47,301 nucleotides of DNA, taken from assembly GCA_012518845.1 (NCBI GenBank), contig JAAYRJ010000158.1, positions 1 to 47,301 on the forward strand. The letters run 5' to 3'. Made by a program: the position numbers and the translations under genes. This stretch comes from Clostridiaceae bacterium. Lineage in GTDB: Bacteria; Bacillota; Clostridia; Saccharofermentanales; DTU023. Positions 1-8,950 of the stretch are shown piece after piece. The first letter of the stretch is position 1. Every line of letters starts with the position of its first letter. The notes under the pieces are model-generated. The model saw only the letters and a program-made list of their open reading frames with translations. It had not been told where the DNA came from and did not search any database.

Positions 1-2
1 AT

Positions 3-962
3 TTCAACAAAAACAGTAAATTCATTTTCTAGCTCATTTTTGATATTATTCGATATTTTTTGTGGTAAATAACCCTCAACTAGAAAAGTAGCCATCGTGC
101 TTTTGGTCAGTTCTAGAGCTTGTGATTGTTCAATCATTATATTGTAATAGTCATAGAGAATATAAAAATCTAGACGCTTGTCTGCGATTTTTTCTAGAGA
201 ATTTAGAGTCTCTTCAATTAAAACTTCTTTCTTATTAATTGTTTCTTTAGTATTATTGTATAGCTCTCTTGGTTTGCCAGCTTCAGCAAAAGGATAATAC
301 TTAAAACCATTTTGTTTGAGAAGATGATCAATTTCTAATTCGTCTTCTTTAAAACCAACAACTGCAATTTGAATTAAGTCATCATCTTCATTAAGTGGAA
401 CAATTGCTATTAGATTTTCTTCTGCACTTATAGTTTCCTTTAAATGTAAAAAATCATTTTTATTTAGAGTTCCTAGAAAAAATTTTGTTCTTTCGGTTGT
501 GTTTTTAGCTGGATTTAATGGAACATTGAGCCAATTTTTGAGAATTTGTTGTTCTTTATTTAAAGTTGTTAGTTCGGACTGAAGACTTGATAAATTATTT
601 TCCATTTTAAGAACATTATTTACCAATTCAATAATCTCTTCTTCACGTGACTCAATATTTAAAAATTCATTTAAACTAAGATTAAAATTCTTTTTCTCAA
701 TAGTTTTTCCGGGAAATTTTTCATCCAAAATATGGATCCCAGAAATTAAACTAGTTTGGTCATTTTGCATTTTTTGAATGTTTTCCTGCAAATCAATGTC
801 TTCTGCACTTACTTGAACATCACTCGCATCATTTTCTTTAAGATCAGAAATTTTTAGATCAATCAACTCAATAATACCTTTTCGCTGTAGAAATGATAGG
901 ACATTGGATTTTTCATTTTTAAGACCTAATATTCTTATTTTATCCATTTTAAGTATTGCCAA
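3..962 (-). CDS. ntpI: V/A-type ATP synthase subunit I, N-terminal part (runs off the left edge)
   Basis: Not in the ORF track. Read manually from TTG at 962, which has an AAAGGA RBS: MAILKMDKIRILGLKNEKSNVLSFLQRKGIIEL...W...FLVEGYLP. This is a typical subunit I N-terminus and it overlaps the upstream small coiled-coil gene. Confidence 0.85.
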   Translation of the reverse strand, partial: MAILKMDKIRILGLKNEKSNVLSFLQRKGIIELIDLKISDLKENDASDVQVSAEDIDLQENIQKMQNDQTSLISGIHILDEKFPGKTIEKKNFNLSLNEFLNIESREEEIIELVNNVLKMENNLSSLQSELTTLNKEQQILKNWLNVPLNPAKNTTERTKFFLGTLNKNDFLHLKETISAEENLIAIVPLNEDDDLIQIAVVGFKEDELEIDHLLKQNGFKYYPFAEAGKPRELYNNTKETINKKEVLIEETLNSLEKIADKRLDFYILYDYYNIMIEQSQALELTKSTMATFLVEGYLPQKISNNIKNELENEFTVFVE

Positions 963-1260
963 GGAAACTCACGATCCTTTCCAAAACTTTTTTTGTCACT
1001 TCATCTTTTTTTGTTTGAGTGATTTCTACATTTTGATAGGTTTCAAGTTCATTGTTGATCAACTCATCATTTGCTTGAGAAGTCTTTTTTCTATTTTCAC
1101 GGATCAAGTGATCAGACTTTGCACGTTCTTGTTCAAGGGTATTACTAGCATCAATCTTGCTTTGCTCAACCTTATCCTTTGCTTCTTGCAATGCTTCATC
1201 AACAATTTTAGAAGCTTGTTGTTCTGCCTTTTTTATTTCTTCAAGAAAATTTTTGGCCAA
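949..1260 (-). CDS. V/A-type ATPase peripheral stalk subunit (G/H-like)
   Basis: 103 aa charged coiled coil (IKKAEQQASKIVDEA...) with an AGGAGG RBS, directly before subunit I. Confidence 0.75.
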   Translation of the reverse strand: MAKNFLEEIKKAEQQASKIVDEALQEAKDKVEQSKIDASNTLEQERAKSDHLIRENRKKTSQANDELINNELETYQNVEITQTKKDEVTKKVLERIVSFLGNT

Positions 1261-1360
1261 GATAAGCCTCCTTCAGTAAGCAAAAAATTGTATATCAATC
1301 TCAGTTACTTGTTTAAATCATATATTAAAGAAAATTGTATCACAATTTGTCTTTACTGAA

Positions 1361-1432
1361 AATAAAAACACTCTGTTTTTTTCTACCAGCTTTCTTTTAA
1401 CTATTTCATCGAAAGCAGCAAAACAGAGTGTT
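1361..1432 (-). terminator. Long hairpin / intrinsic terminator after clpC
   Basis: AACACTCTGTTTT (1367-1379) is complementary to AAAACAGAGTGTT (1420-1432), with an inner GCTTTC/GAAAGC pair. A T-tract follows on the minus strand. Confidence 0.65.
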
Positions 1433-1475
1433 ATGGTTTTTTATTATTCTTGATCAATTCATTGATAATAAGAAA

Positions 1476-3998
1476 TTATTTTTTTGAAATCACAATTTCA
1501 TCATCTTTTATATCAACAATTGCAATATCGCCAACTGCAACAATATCATCTAACATTGCTTCGGAAAATTTATCTTCAACTGCTGATTGAATTAATCTAC
1601 GCAGAGGTCTTGCACCATAGTGAGACTCATAGCCATTTTCCACTAACCATTCTTTAGCAGCTGACGTAACTTCTATCTTGATCCCAATATCGGCAATTCT
1701 CTTTTCGAGATCTTTAAGCATTATTTCTACTATTTCTAATAGCGCATCTTTGGATAGCATTTTGAAGAAAATCATTTCGTCAATTCGATTAAGGAATTCG
1801 GGTGAAAAAGATTTTTTTACCTCTTCCATAATCATTTCTTTGGCTTCTTCATAGCTTTTGCCACCATATAATTTTGCTTCTGCTGCTGATTTTTCAGTAC
1901 CTTCATCTGAGGCAAATCCTATACGATTGCCTGCTGATGTCGTTAGTAATCTTGCTCCAATATTAGAAGTCATAATAATAATTGTATTTCGGAAATCTAC
2001 TGTTCTTCCTTGTCCATCAGTCAAACGTCCATCTTCTAGAACTTGAAGTAAAACATTGAATACATCTGGGTGAGCTTTTTCAATCTCATCAAATAAAACT
2101 ACAGAATATGGACGTCTTCTAACCTGCTCTGTGAGATGACCTCCTTCTTCATAACCTACGTAACCTGGGGGTGAACCAATGAGCTTTGAAACATCAAACT
2201 TTTCCATATATTCAGACATATCTAAACGGACCATGGCCTGTTGATCACCAAACATGGTTTCTGCCAAAGTTCTGGCTAATTCTGTTTTACCAACACCTGT
2301 TGTGCCAAGGAAAAGGAAAGATCCAGTTGGACGATTCGGGTCCTTTAGACCTAGTCTACCACGCCTAATTGCTTTAGAAACTGCTGCAACGGCTTCTTCT
2401 TGTCCGATAACACTTTGACCTAGTTCATGTTCAAGATTTTTCATTCTTTCTTGATCATCTTCAGTTAATTTTGTTACTGGTATCCCTGTCCACGAGGCAA
2501 CAATTTCAGCAATATCATTCACGCCAATTACGCGAACTTCAGCTTGGGTTTCAGTTTTCAGATCATCTATTTCAGCTTTTAAAGTATTTTCTTGCTCTAA
2601 TAACGTAGCAGCTTCTTCAAAGTTTTCTTCTGCTACCGCTTGTTCTTTTTGAGCAATGATTTCCTGTAATTCTTTTTCTTTTTCTGCATCTGTTGTAGAA
2701 CCAGTTTCTAAACTCATTCTAGCTTTAGAGGATGCTTCATCAATTAAATCAATAGCTTTATCAGGCAAGAAACGATCGGTAATGTAGCGACTTGACAATT
2801 GAACAGCTTCTTTAATAGCTTCATCTGAAATTTCTACACCATGATGTTCTTCATATTTTTCTCTTAAGCCATGCAAAATCTGAATTGACTCTTCGGGAGT
2901 TGGTTCATCGATCATCACAGGCTGAAATCTTCTAGCTAAGGCTGCATCTTTTTCAATGTTTTTTCTATATTCATCAATTGTTGTTGCACCAATAACTTGT
3001 AATTCCCCTCTTGCAAGCATTGGTTTTAGAATATTAGAAGCATCCATCGCTCCTTCTGAAGCACCAGCTCCTATAATAGTGTGTAATTCATCAATAAAAA
3101 GAATTACATTGCCAGCTTTAGCCGCTTCATCTATTCCATTTTTTAACCGCTCTTCAAATTCACCTCTATATTTGGCACCAGCTACCATGCCTGATAAATC
3201 TAATGAAAATAATCTTTGATCTTTCAATAAATCAGGTACATCACCACTGATAATTTTTTGTGCTAAACCTTCTGCGATTGCTGTTTTACCAACACCAGGC
3301 TCACCTATTAAGACTGGATTATTTTTTGTTCTTCGGCAAATAATTTGCATCGTTCGATTAATCTCTTCTTCACGTCCAATAATTGGGTCAAAAGAATTAG
3401 CTGCTGCTAAATCTGTCAAATCTACCCCAAATTGATCTAAGGTTGGAGTATTTGTTTGTTTAGCACTCGCTTTACCTTTTTCTGCACCAGGGCTTTGATA
3501 TAAATTACTTTTATCTAATCCATCTAATGGACTCTCAGACTGACCACTTAAAGCACGCACGAGCTCTGCGTATAATTTTTGAATATTAATATTTGCACTT
3601 TGTAAAATTCTAACAGCTACAGAGTTACCTTCACGTAAGATACCCAGCAAAAGATGTTCTGGTTCAATTGCACTGTAATTACGTGTATTAGATTCTCTAG
3701 CTGCAAGATTTACAACTTGTTTAGTTCTTGGTGTCATCATTTGATATGCTTTATTTGGATCAAACTCAGCATAATGATCTATACTACCCATTTCTTTATT
3801 ATTAAATTGATTTAGAACTTTAACGATCATATCTGAAGTTAAATTATATTTTTTCAATATTTCTGAAGCTGTTCCATTTTCATCAATGATACCTTTTAAA
3901 ATATGTTCAGTTCCAATATAGTCAATTTGATAAGCCTTTGCTGTTTGATGAGCTATTTCTAAGACTTTACCAGAGCGTTCGGATAATCTAATCATCAT
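1476..3998 (-). CDS. clpC: ATP-dependent Clp protease ATP-binding subunit ClpC
   Basis: Two Clp_N repeats, Walker A motifs GEPGVGKT and GTTGVGKT, UVR middle domain, GARPLRR motif. Last gene of the ctsR operon. Confidence 0.97.
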   Translation of the reverse strand: MMIRLSERSGKVLEIAHQTAKAYQIDYIGTEHILKGIIDENGTASEILKKYNLTSDMIVKVLNQFNNKEMGSIDHYAEFDPNKAYQMMTPRTKQVVNLAARESNTRNYSAIEPEHLLLGILREGNSVAVRILQSANINIQKLYAELVRALSGQSESPLDGLDKSNLYQSPGAEKGKASAKQTNTPTLDQFGVDLTDLAAANSFDPIIGREEEINRTMQIICRRTKNNPVLIGEPGVGKTAIAEGLAQKIISGDVPDLLKDQRLFSLDLSGMVAGAKYRGEFEERLKNGIDEAAKAGNVILFIDELHTIIGAGASEGAMDASNILKPMLARGELQVIGATTIDEYRKNIEKDAALARRFQPVMIDEPTPEESIQILHGLREKYEEHHGVEISDEAIKEAVQLSSRYITDRFLPDKAIDLIDEASSKARMSLETGSTTDAEKEKELQEIIAQKEQAVAEENFEEAATLLEQENTLKAEIDDLKTETQAEVRVIGVNDIAEIVASWTGIPVTKLTEDDQERMKNLEHELGQSVIGQEEAVAAVSKAIRRGRLGLKDPNRPTGSFLFLGTTGVGKTELARTLAETMFGDQQAMVRLDMSEYMEKFDVSKLIGSPPGYVGYEEGGHLTEQVRRRPYSVVLFDEIEKAHPDVFNVLLQVLEDGRLTDGQGRTVDFRNTIIIMTSNIGARLLTTSAGNRIGFASDEGTEKSAAEAKLYGGKSYEEAKEMIMEEVKKSFSPEFLNRIDEMIFFKMLSKDALLEIVEIMLKDLEKRIADIGIKIEVTSAAKEWLVENGYESHYGARPLRRLIQSAVEDKFSEAMLDDIVAVGDIAIVDIKDDEIVISKK

Positions 3999-4083
3999 AT
4001 TATTTTGTCCTCCTCTTAAAATTATGTATTAATTTTCTAATATATTTTTTTTATTTACATTATGTTTTCTTAATGTTTTCTTA

Positions 4084-5103
4084 TTATTTATTTGCTAAAG
4101 ATTTTTTTATAAATGCTGCTCTAGCTGCATCTCTTTCCGTTCCACTTAACACTTTACCTTCTAATTTTTGAATCGAACCAACACCAACCAAGTAGGAAAG
4201 GGTTAATATATCTGGATAATCAGGAAAATTATCAAAATCTAAAGCTCTACCTAAGCGAAGATTGCTTAAATGTTCAAATGCCTCGTCATAACTAATCAAA
4301 GAAGCACTTTGTAAAATTCCCTGCGAACGATAAATTTTATCTTCTAACTGAATTTTTCTCTGTTGATACCAAATTTTTCGAGCTTCTCTTTCCTTTTTAA
4401 TAAATGAATTTAATAAAGTATTAAATTTCTCTATTAAATTCTCATCGCTTTGCCCGAGTGTAATTTGATTAGAAACTTGAACCATCTGACCCTTTTCTGT
4501 GCTACCTTCGCCATAATAGCCACGGACTGTATAACCAGATCTTCTAATCGAATCAATTATATATTTTAACTGATCCAAACGATGTAACCCTGGTACATGT
4601 AACAAGGCTGAAATTCTTAGACCAGTACCAACATTAGTTGGACATGCTGTCAAATAACCAAATTCATTATCACAAGCAACATTTAAAATACTTTCAAGTG
4701 CAACAGCTAATTTATGGGTTTTATCAAAGGTTTCATCAGGTTTAAATCCTGGATATAATCCCTGAATACGCATATGATCTTCATCACAAATAACAATACT
4801 TTGATCCTCATCATCATTTATCAACAAGGCTTTTTCTGACTTATCTTGTAATAACTGAGGACTGACAATATGTCTTTCAGTTAAAGCTAATTTATCAATT
4901 TCTGATAAATCTTGAAAATGAAGTGTTCTAAAAAAATTTGGAACGATTTTGTTAACATTTTCCTCAATCAAATCAATTAATTCGTTACTTTTCTCTGAAT
5001 CAAGAAGATGCGGAAAAGGAAAATCTGCAATATTCCTGGCAAGTCTAACCCTCGTGCTTATAACTATATCTTGATCAGGTCCATGTTCTGAATACCAAGA
5101 CAT
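4084..5103 (-). CDS. mcsB: Protein-arginine kinase McsB
   Basis: STRVRLARN, EDHMRIQ and YLTACPTNVGTGLR motifs; lies between mcsA and clpC. Confidence 0.93.
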   Translation of the reverse strand: MSWYSEHGPDQDIVISTRVRLARNIADFPFPHLLDSEKSNELIDLIEENVNKIVPNFFRTLHFQDLSEIDKLALTERHIVSPQLLQDKSEKALLINDDEDQSIVICDEDHMRIQGLYPGFKPDETFDKTHKLAVALESILNVACDNEFGYLTACPTNVGTGLRISALLHVPGLHRLDQLKYIIDSIRRSGYTVRGYYGEGSTEKGQMVQVSNQITLGQSDENLIEKFNTLLNSFIKKEREARKIWYQQRKIQLEDKIYRSQGILQSASLISYDEAFEHLSNLRLGRALDFDNFPDYPDILTLSYLVGVGSIQKLEGKVLSGTERDAARAAFIKKSLANK

Positions 5104-5753
5104 TACTCTTCCTCCTTTTCATCTACTTGAGCAGAATCATTTTCAATGGCTTTGATTTTATCTCTTAATACTGCTGCCTGTTCGTAATCTTCTAATTCAA
5201 TTGCATTTTGTAAAGATTTTTTTAATACCATTAAGTTAGAATTTTCTTTTTCATCATTCTTTGTTTCATTATTTTGTTTTGTTTTAGATCTACTTTCTAT
5301 TTTAAAAAAAGATTCGTCAAAGTTAGACTCCGCTGAGTCTTTAGCAGTTGAATTTTTTCCAGTAGTACTTGAATCAAGATGTTCATGACAACCATGTATT
5401 TCTGTTAATATTGACTCAATCACTTCTCTAAACTCTTGATAACAATAGGGGCAACCAAACAAGCCTGTTTTTTTGAAATCTTGAAAAGTTTGATTACATT
5501 TAGGACAAGAGTGCCGATCTAATTTATTTCTACTGGGCTCTTCTGATGAAATTTTATTAAAGTCAAGGGGTAACGAAAAAGCATTTTTACCTAGGAAATT
5601 TGTCATGGCAGGCATTCCAAAGCTTCCTTCTGCTATTAAGAAACCTTCTTTTTTGGCGCAAGAAGAACACAGATTATAAGTTTTTGTTAATCCATTTATT
5701 TGTGTTTTGACTGAAACGTTAGCTTCATTATTTTGACATTTTTGGCATAACAT
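5103..5753 (-). CDS. mcsA: McsA activator (CxxC Zn-binding plus UVR domain)
   Basis: Four CxxC pairs, GCPYCY and C-terminal EDYEQAAVLRDKI. Confidence 0.93.
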   Translation of the reverse strand: MLCQKCQNNEANVSVKTQINGLTKTYNLCSSCAKKEGFLIAEGSFGMPAMTNFLGKNAFSLPLDFNKISSEEPSRNKLDRHSCPKCNQTFQDFKKTGLFGCPYCYQEFREVIESILTEIHGCHEHLDSSTTGKNSTAKDSAESNFDESFFKIESRSKTKQNNETKNDEKENSNLMVLKKSLQNAIELEDYEQAAVLRDKIKAIENDSAQVDEKEEE

Positions 5754-6235
5754 TATTTATCACCTCTTTGAGAATGAATCTGATAAACCATTAACAACAT
5801 ATTTGTTAAAATTGAAGAACGCACTTTATCTAGATTCATTTTATTAACTTTTTCTAGAGCTTGATCAGAAATAGCTGAACGCATTAAAATCTTTTCTTTC
5901 TCATCAATAGCATTTCTATTAGCTAAATTTTCAAGTAACATATTAGCCTCACTTTGACTAATACTTTCTTTCATATTTTTAATTTGATGAGCTAAATGTT
6001 TTTGCGGAGATTCAAATGCAATCCTTCTGATAGTGATTGAACCACCTCCGCCACGTCTGCTCTCCTTTATATAACCAAGATTACTGGTAAACCTCGTTTG
6101 AAGAACATAAGTTATTTGTGAAGGCACGCAATTTAATTCTTGAGCTAAGTCATTGCGAGTAAATTCAATAACACCTTCATTAGCGTCGAGCATCTGCTTT
6201 AAAAGATATTCAATTGTATCGCTTAAATTAGACAT
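5753..6235 (-). CDS. ctsR: Class III stress gene repressor CtsR
   Basis: CVPSQITYV..TRF and the SRRGGGG glycine loop; first gene of the operon. Confidence 0.95.
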   Translation of the reverse strand: MSNLSDTIEYLLKQMLDANEGVIEFTRNDLAQELNCVPSQITYVLQTRFTSNLGYIKESRRGGGGSITIRRIAFESPQKHLAHQIKNMKESISQSEANMLLENLANRNAIDEKEKILMRSAISDQALEKVNKMNLDKVRSSILTNMLLMVYQIHSQRGDK

Positions 6236-6251
6236 ATAGCCTCCTTTAGAC

Positions 6252-6268
6252 TTTAACTTTCTTTGACT
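6252..6268 (-). promoter_or_regulatory. CtsR operator (heptad direct repeat)
   Basis: The minus strand reads AGTCAAA-GAA-AGTTAAA just upstream of the ctsR RBS, matching the RGTCAAA-NAN-RGTCAAA consensus. Confidence 0.8.
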
Positions 6269-6377
6269 TTAAGGTTATGTTATACCGATCAAGTTTAACT
6301 CATAAGTCAAAACATTGAACAATTGTGAACTCTCCTGTTATAGAGTCACAACTATACAAAAAAAAAAGCAAAATAAA

Positions 6378-6578
6378 TCAACTTCCATCAATATCTTCAA
6401 AAAATTTTGTCCAAGGTACATCAAGTAAATTAGAAATAGATTTTGCTAATTTTGGAGAGGGGTTTCTTTGACCTAACTCGATTTGGGTATAGTGAGCTCT
6501 TGAGATGTCAAGTTGTTTTGCAACTTCTTCTTGTGTCAATTTAAGAAAATTTCTTTTTTCACGTAGCCAGTCTCTCAT
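6378..6578 (-). CDS. Small XRE-family HTH regulator (Cro-like, 66 aa)
   Basis: LTQEEVAKQLDISRAHYTQIELGQRNPS. Start moved to ATG 6578, which has an AAGGA RBS. Confidence 0.88.
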   Translation of the reverse strand: MRDWLREKRNFLKLTQEEVAKQLDISRAHYTQIELGQRNPSPKLAKSISNLLDVPWTKFFEDIDGS

Positions 6579-6766
6579 GCAACTATCCTTTTCCTGTGGA
6601 AATATTATTGTTTCTAATAATGTTACAAATTGTAGCATATATCGATACATAAGACACCTACTAATTTAAGTAATTTGTTTAATAAGTGTAAAAAGTTGTA
6701 ATTAAAATAAAAAATTCATGTGTTTTTGGTTGAAAAACTAAAAATAATTATCCAGAGATTAATTGC

Positions 6767-6795
6767 TTGCGGGATAAATTCCTAAATGTTATAAT
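6767..6795 (+). promoter_or_regulatory. Putative sigmaA promoter of the rightward XRE gene
   Basis: TTGCGG-N17-TATAAT with an extended -10 TG. Confidence 0.55.
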
Positions 6796-6860
6796 AGCCG
6801 ACGGTGTCATTTTGCTACATCCTGTTTTGTTTATTATTTTTTGATTTGCGAGGACTTTCC

Positions 6861-7100
6861 ATGTCAACTTTTCGGAAAAATTTAAAGATATTAAGAAAAC
6901 AATTAGGACTAACCCAAGACGAATTAGCTGACAAATTAAATATTTCGCGTTCATTAATTTCTCACTATGAACTTGGGAAGCGTTTACCTAAATATCATAC
7001 CCTCAAACAACTCTGTGAAATTTTCAAAGTAAGTTATGACGAATTGTTAGGAAAGAGTGATTTTTCGGACTACTATAATAAAGATTCAAGTTATAAATAA
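6861..7100 (+). CDS. Small XRE-family HTH regulator (79 aa)
   Basis: LKILRKQLGLTQDELADKLNISRSLISHYELGKRLP. Start moved to ATG 6861, which has a GAGGA RBS. Confidence 0.9.
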   Translation: MSTFRKNLKILRKQLGLTQDELADKLNISRSLISHYELGKRLPKYHTLKQLCEIFKVSYDELLGKSDFSDYYNKDSSYK

Positions 7101-7190
7101 AATCTACTAATTACGCGTTTATATATAATTGAAAATATTTTCATTTCAAATTAATTATCGTTTTTTGATGTTCCATGCTAAAATAAATCC

Positions 7191-8066
7191 ATGTGGGAGA
7201 CTATAAAAAAAATATATTGGAAATTTAAAAAAATAGTTGGACAAATCATAATTCTTCTTTTTATAGGTTATGGTCTTTATTGGGTTGGCAAGCATCTTAG
7301 TAATTTAGATGAACTTATTAGAATAGAATGGATAAAACTCATCTATACAATTTGTATCTTTTTGTATTTTATCCTTTTTACTAGCACCATAAGCTCTTTC
7401 ATTAGTTCAAGTTTATTACAAATATATAATCCAGCAGATACCAAGAGTCTTGAGTTGTTAAACAAGAAGAGAAAGTATTATTGGGATAGATCAATCTCTA
7501 ATCAAACCCATAAAGGACTTAACAAAAATATCGTTTTCCAACAATTAAGAAATCTTTTATTCGCTGAAAAATATGAATTAGTATCTAATAATAACAATGC
7601 TTTTATTTTTGAAAAAAGCGTTCCTTTTTATAATATTAAATTCAAGAAAAAGAATCATCGTGTCTTCTTAATTTACAGACATTTATTTAATGTTCTCATC
7701 ATAGATCGAATCCTCTCAGAAACAGAAGATTTTATTAAAAATAAAAATAAAGATAGACCAACTAGTCAAAACAGTATTATTTTTCTTACGGATATGAATA
7801 ATAAGGAAGAAATTTTGTCAGCAGGTACTGGTATTGTTAATTACCTATCTGCAACAAGTACTGCCTATCTTTTTCCCATATTCATTGACATTAATTTTGG
7901 ACATATTTTTTATCCACAGGATATTTCTTTATTACCTTGGTACAAAAGAATTGCTGTTAAATTGAATGTATACAAAACAAAAAAATCTTTAAAATCTATT
8001 ACTGAAACTCCACAAAAAGAGCTAAATAACATTCAGAATGGAAATCTCAAGTCTAAAAATACATGA
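7191..8066 (+). CDS. Hypothetical membrane protein (2 N-terminal TM helices, soluble C-terminal domain)
   Basis: 291 aa ORF with two hydrophobic segments; its stop overlaps the next start (ATGA). Confidence 0.7.
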   Translation: MWETIKKIYWKFKKIVGQIIILLFIGYGLYWVGKHLSNLDELIRIEWIKLIYTICIFLYFILFTSTISSFISSSLLQIYNPADTKSLELLNKKRKYYWDRSISNQTHKGLNKNIVFQQLRNLLFAEKYELVSNNNNAFIFEKSVPFYNIKFKKKNHRVFLIYRHLFNVLIIDRILSETEDFIKNKNKDRPTSQNSIIFLTDMNNKEEILSAGTGIVNYLSATSTAYLFPIFIDINFGHIFYPQDISLLPWYKRIAVKLNVYKTKKSLKSITETPQKELNNIQNGNLKSKNT

Positions 8067-8869
8067 ACTTAGGACCTTTAAATCTAAGATATAGTAATAG
8101 CGATGGTTACAAACTTACAGTTTATGTCGCATTTAATGAGCGTGCCTATAAGAAAAAAATTGCCGGAAAAACTTATCAAGAGCAAGTCAAACTTGGAGTA
8201 ATTGAGATGTGGTCAGGTACTTATGAACTAATACCTGAGCTAAAAGAAGCTTGTGAAAATTACCTTGATAAATACAATCCAGAAATAAAAGCTACAATAC
8301 AAAATGTGGATCAAATAAATTTAAAAGTTAAAGTCGAAGTTGATCCCTTATCTGGAGTTTATCCCCCACGTCTTATCTACTTAATGCGTATTTTTTCTAG
8401 GAGCAAGCGGCCTATTCCAATTTATATTAAAAATTCATTAATAATGCCATCACATGTTGGTAGTGGTATCTTGCGTCGTTTTTGGGGTTTCTTTCGTTAT
8501 TTTAAAATACTTAGTATAGGCTTTAATTGGTCAAAAAATTTTCCTGGCTATGCTGTTATCAATCAGCAAAAAAATCTAAAAAGTTTAAGATCAATTGCTG
8601 CTCATGAATTTGGTCATTTATTTGGCTTAGATGATGCTTATGATGCTTGGTATCGTTTTTATTATCCTGCACCTAATACAGAAAATTACATGATGCATTA
8701 CAATAAGGAAGTTCAACCTCAGGAAATTGCAATGCTTATTAATGCCCATACCAAAAATCGTCTTCAGTTTTTTCCTGTAAAATTCAATTTTAAGACAATA
8801 ATAGGAGGTCTAAAAAAAGATTCTATTTTTTACTGGAAAAAAATAAAAAATATCTTCAAAAGAACATAG
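8063..8869 (+). CDS. Metzincin-type zinc metalloprotease
   Basis: AAHEFGHLFGLDD (HExxHxxGxxD), followed by a Met-turn-like NYMM. Confidence 0.75.
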   Translation: MNLGPLNLRYSNSDGYKLTVYVAFNERAYKKKIAGKTYQEQVKLGVIEMWSGTYELIPELKEACENYLDKYNPEIKATIQNVDQINLKVKVEVDPLSGVYPPRLIYLMRIFSRSKRPIPIYIKNSLIMPSHVGSGILRRFWGFFRYFKILSIGFNWSKNFPGYAVINQQKNLKSLRSIAAHEFGHLFGLDDAYDAWYRFYYPAPNTENYMMHYNKEVQPQEIAMLINAHTKNRLQFFPVKFNFKTIIGGLKKDSIFYWKKIKNIFKRT

Positions 8870-8905
8870 TAAAAAGCAAGATCACAACAATTGTTAGACA
8901 ATTAA

Positions 8906-8914
8906 TGATATAAT
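8906..8914 (+). promoter_or_regulatory. Extended -10 promoter upstream of the kinase-like/HPRT-like pair
   Basis: TGA-TATAAT ending 36 nt before ATG 8951. Confidence 0.55.
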
Positions 8915-8950
8915 CTTACTGTATATCTAATCATTTTGAAAAGAGGTTTT

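Noticed and set aside
904-1359. 151-aa hydrophobic plus-strand ORF
   Set aside because: Antisense shadow of the V-ATPase subunit genes.
6324-6350. Imperfect hairpin TGTGAACTCT...AGAGTCACA upstream of ctsR as a riboregulator
   Set aside because: Short and bulged, with no properly placed U-tract; insufficient support.
6748-6954. 68-aa minus-strand ORF
   Set aside because: Antisense to the clear XRE gene and has no RBS.
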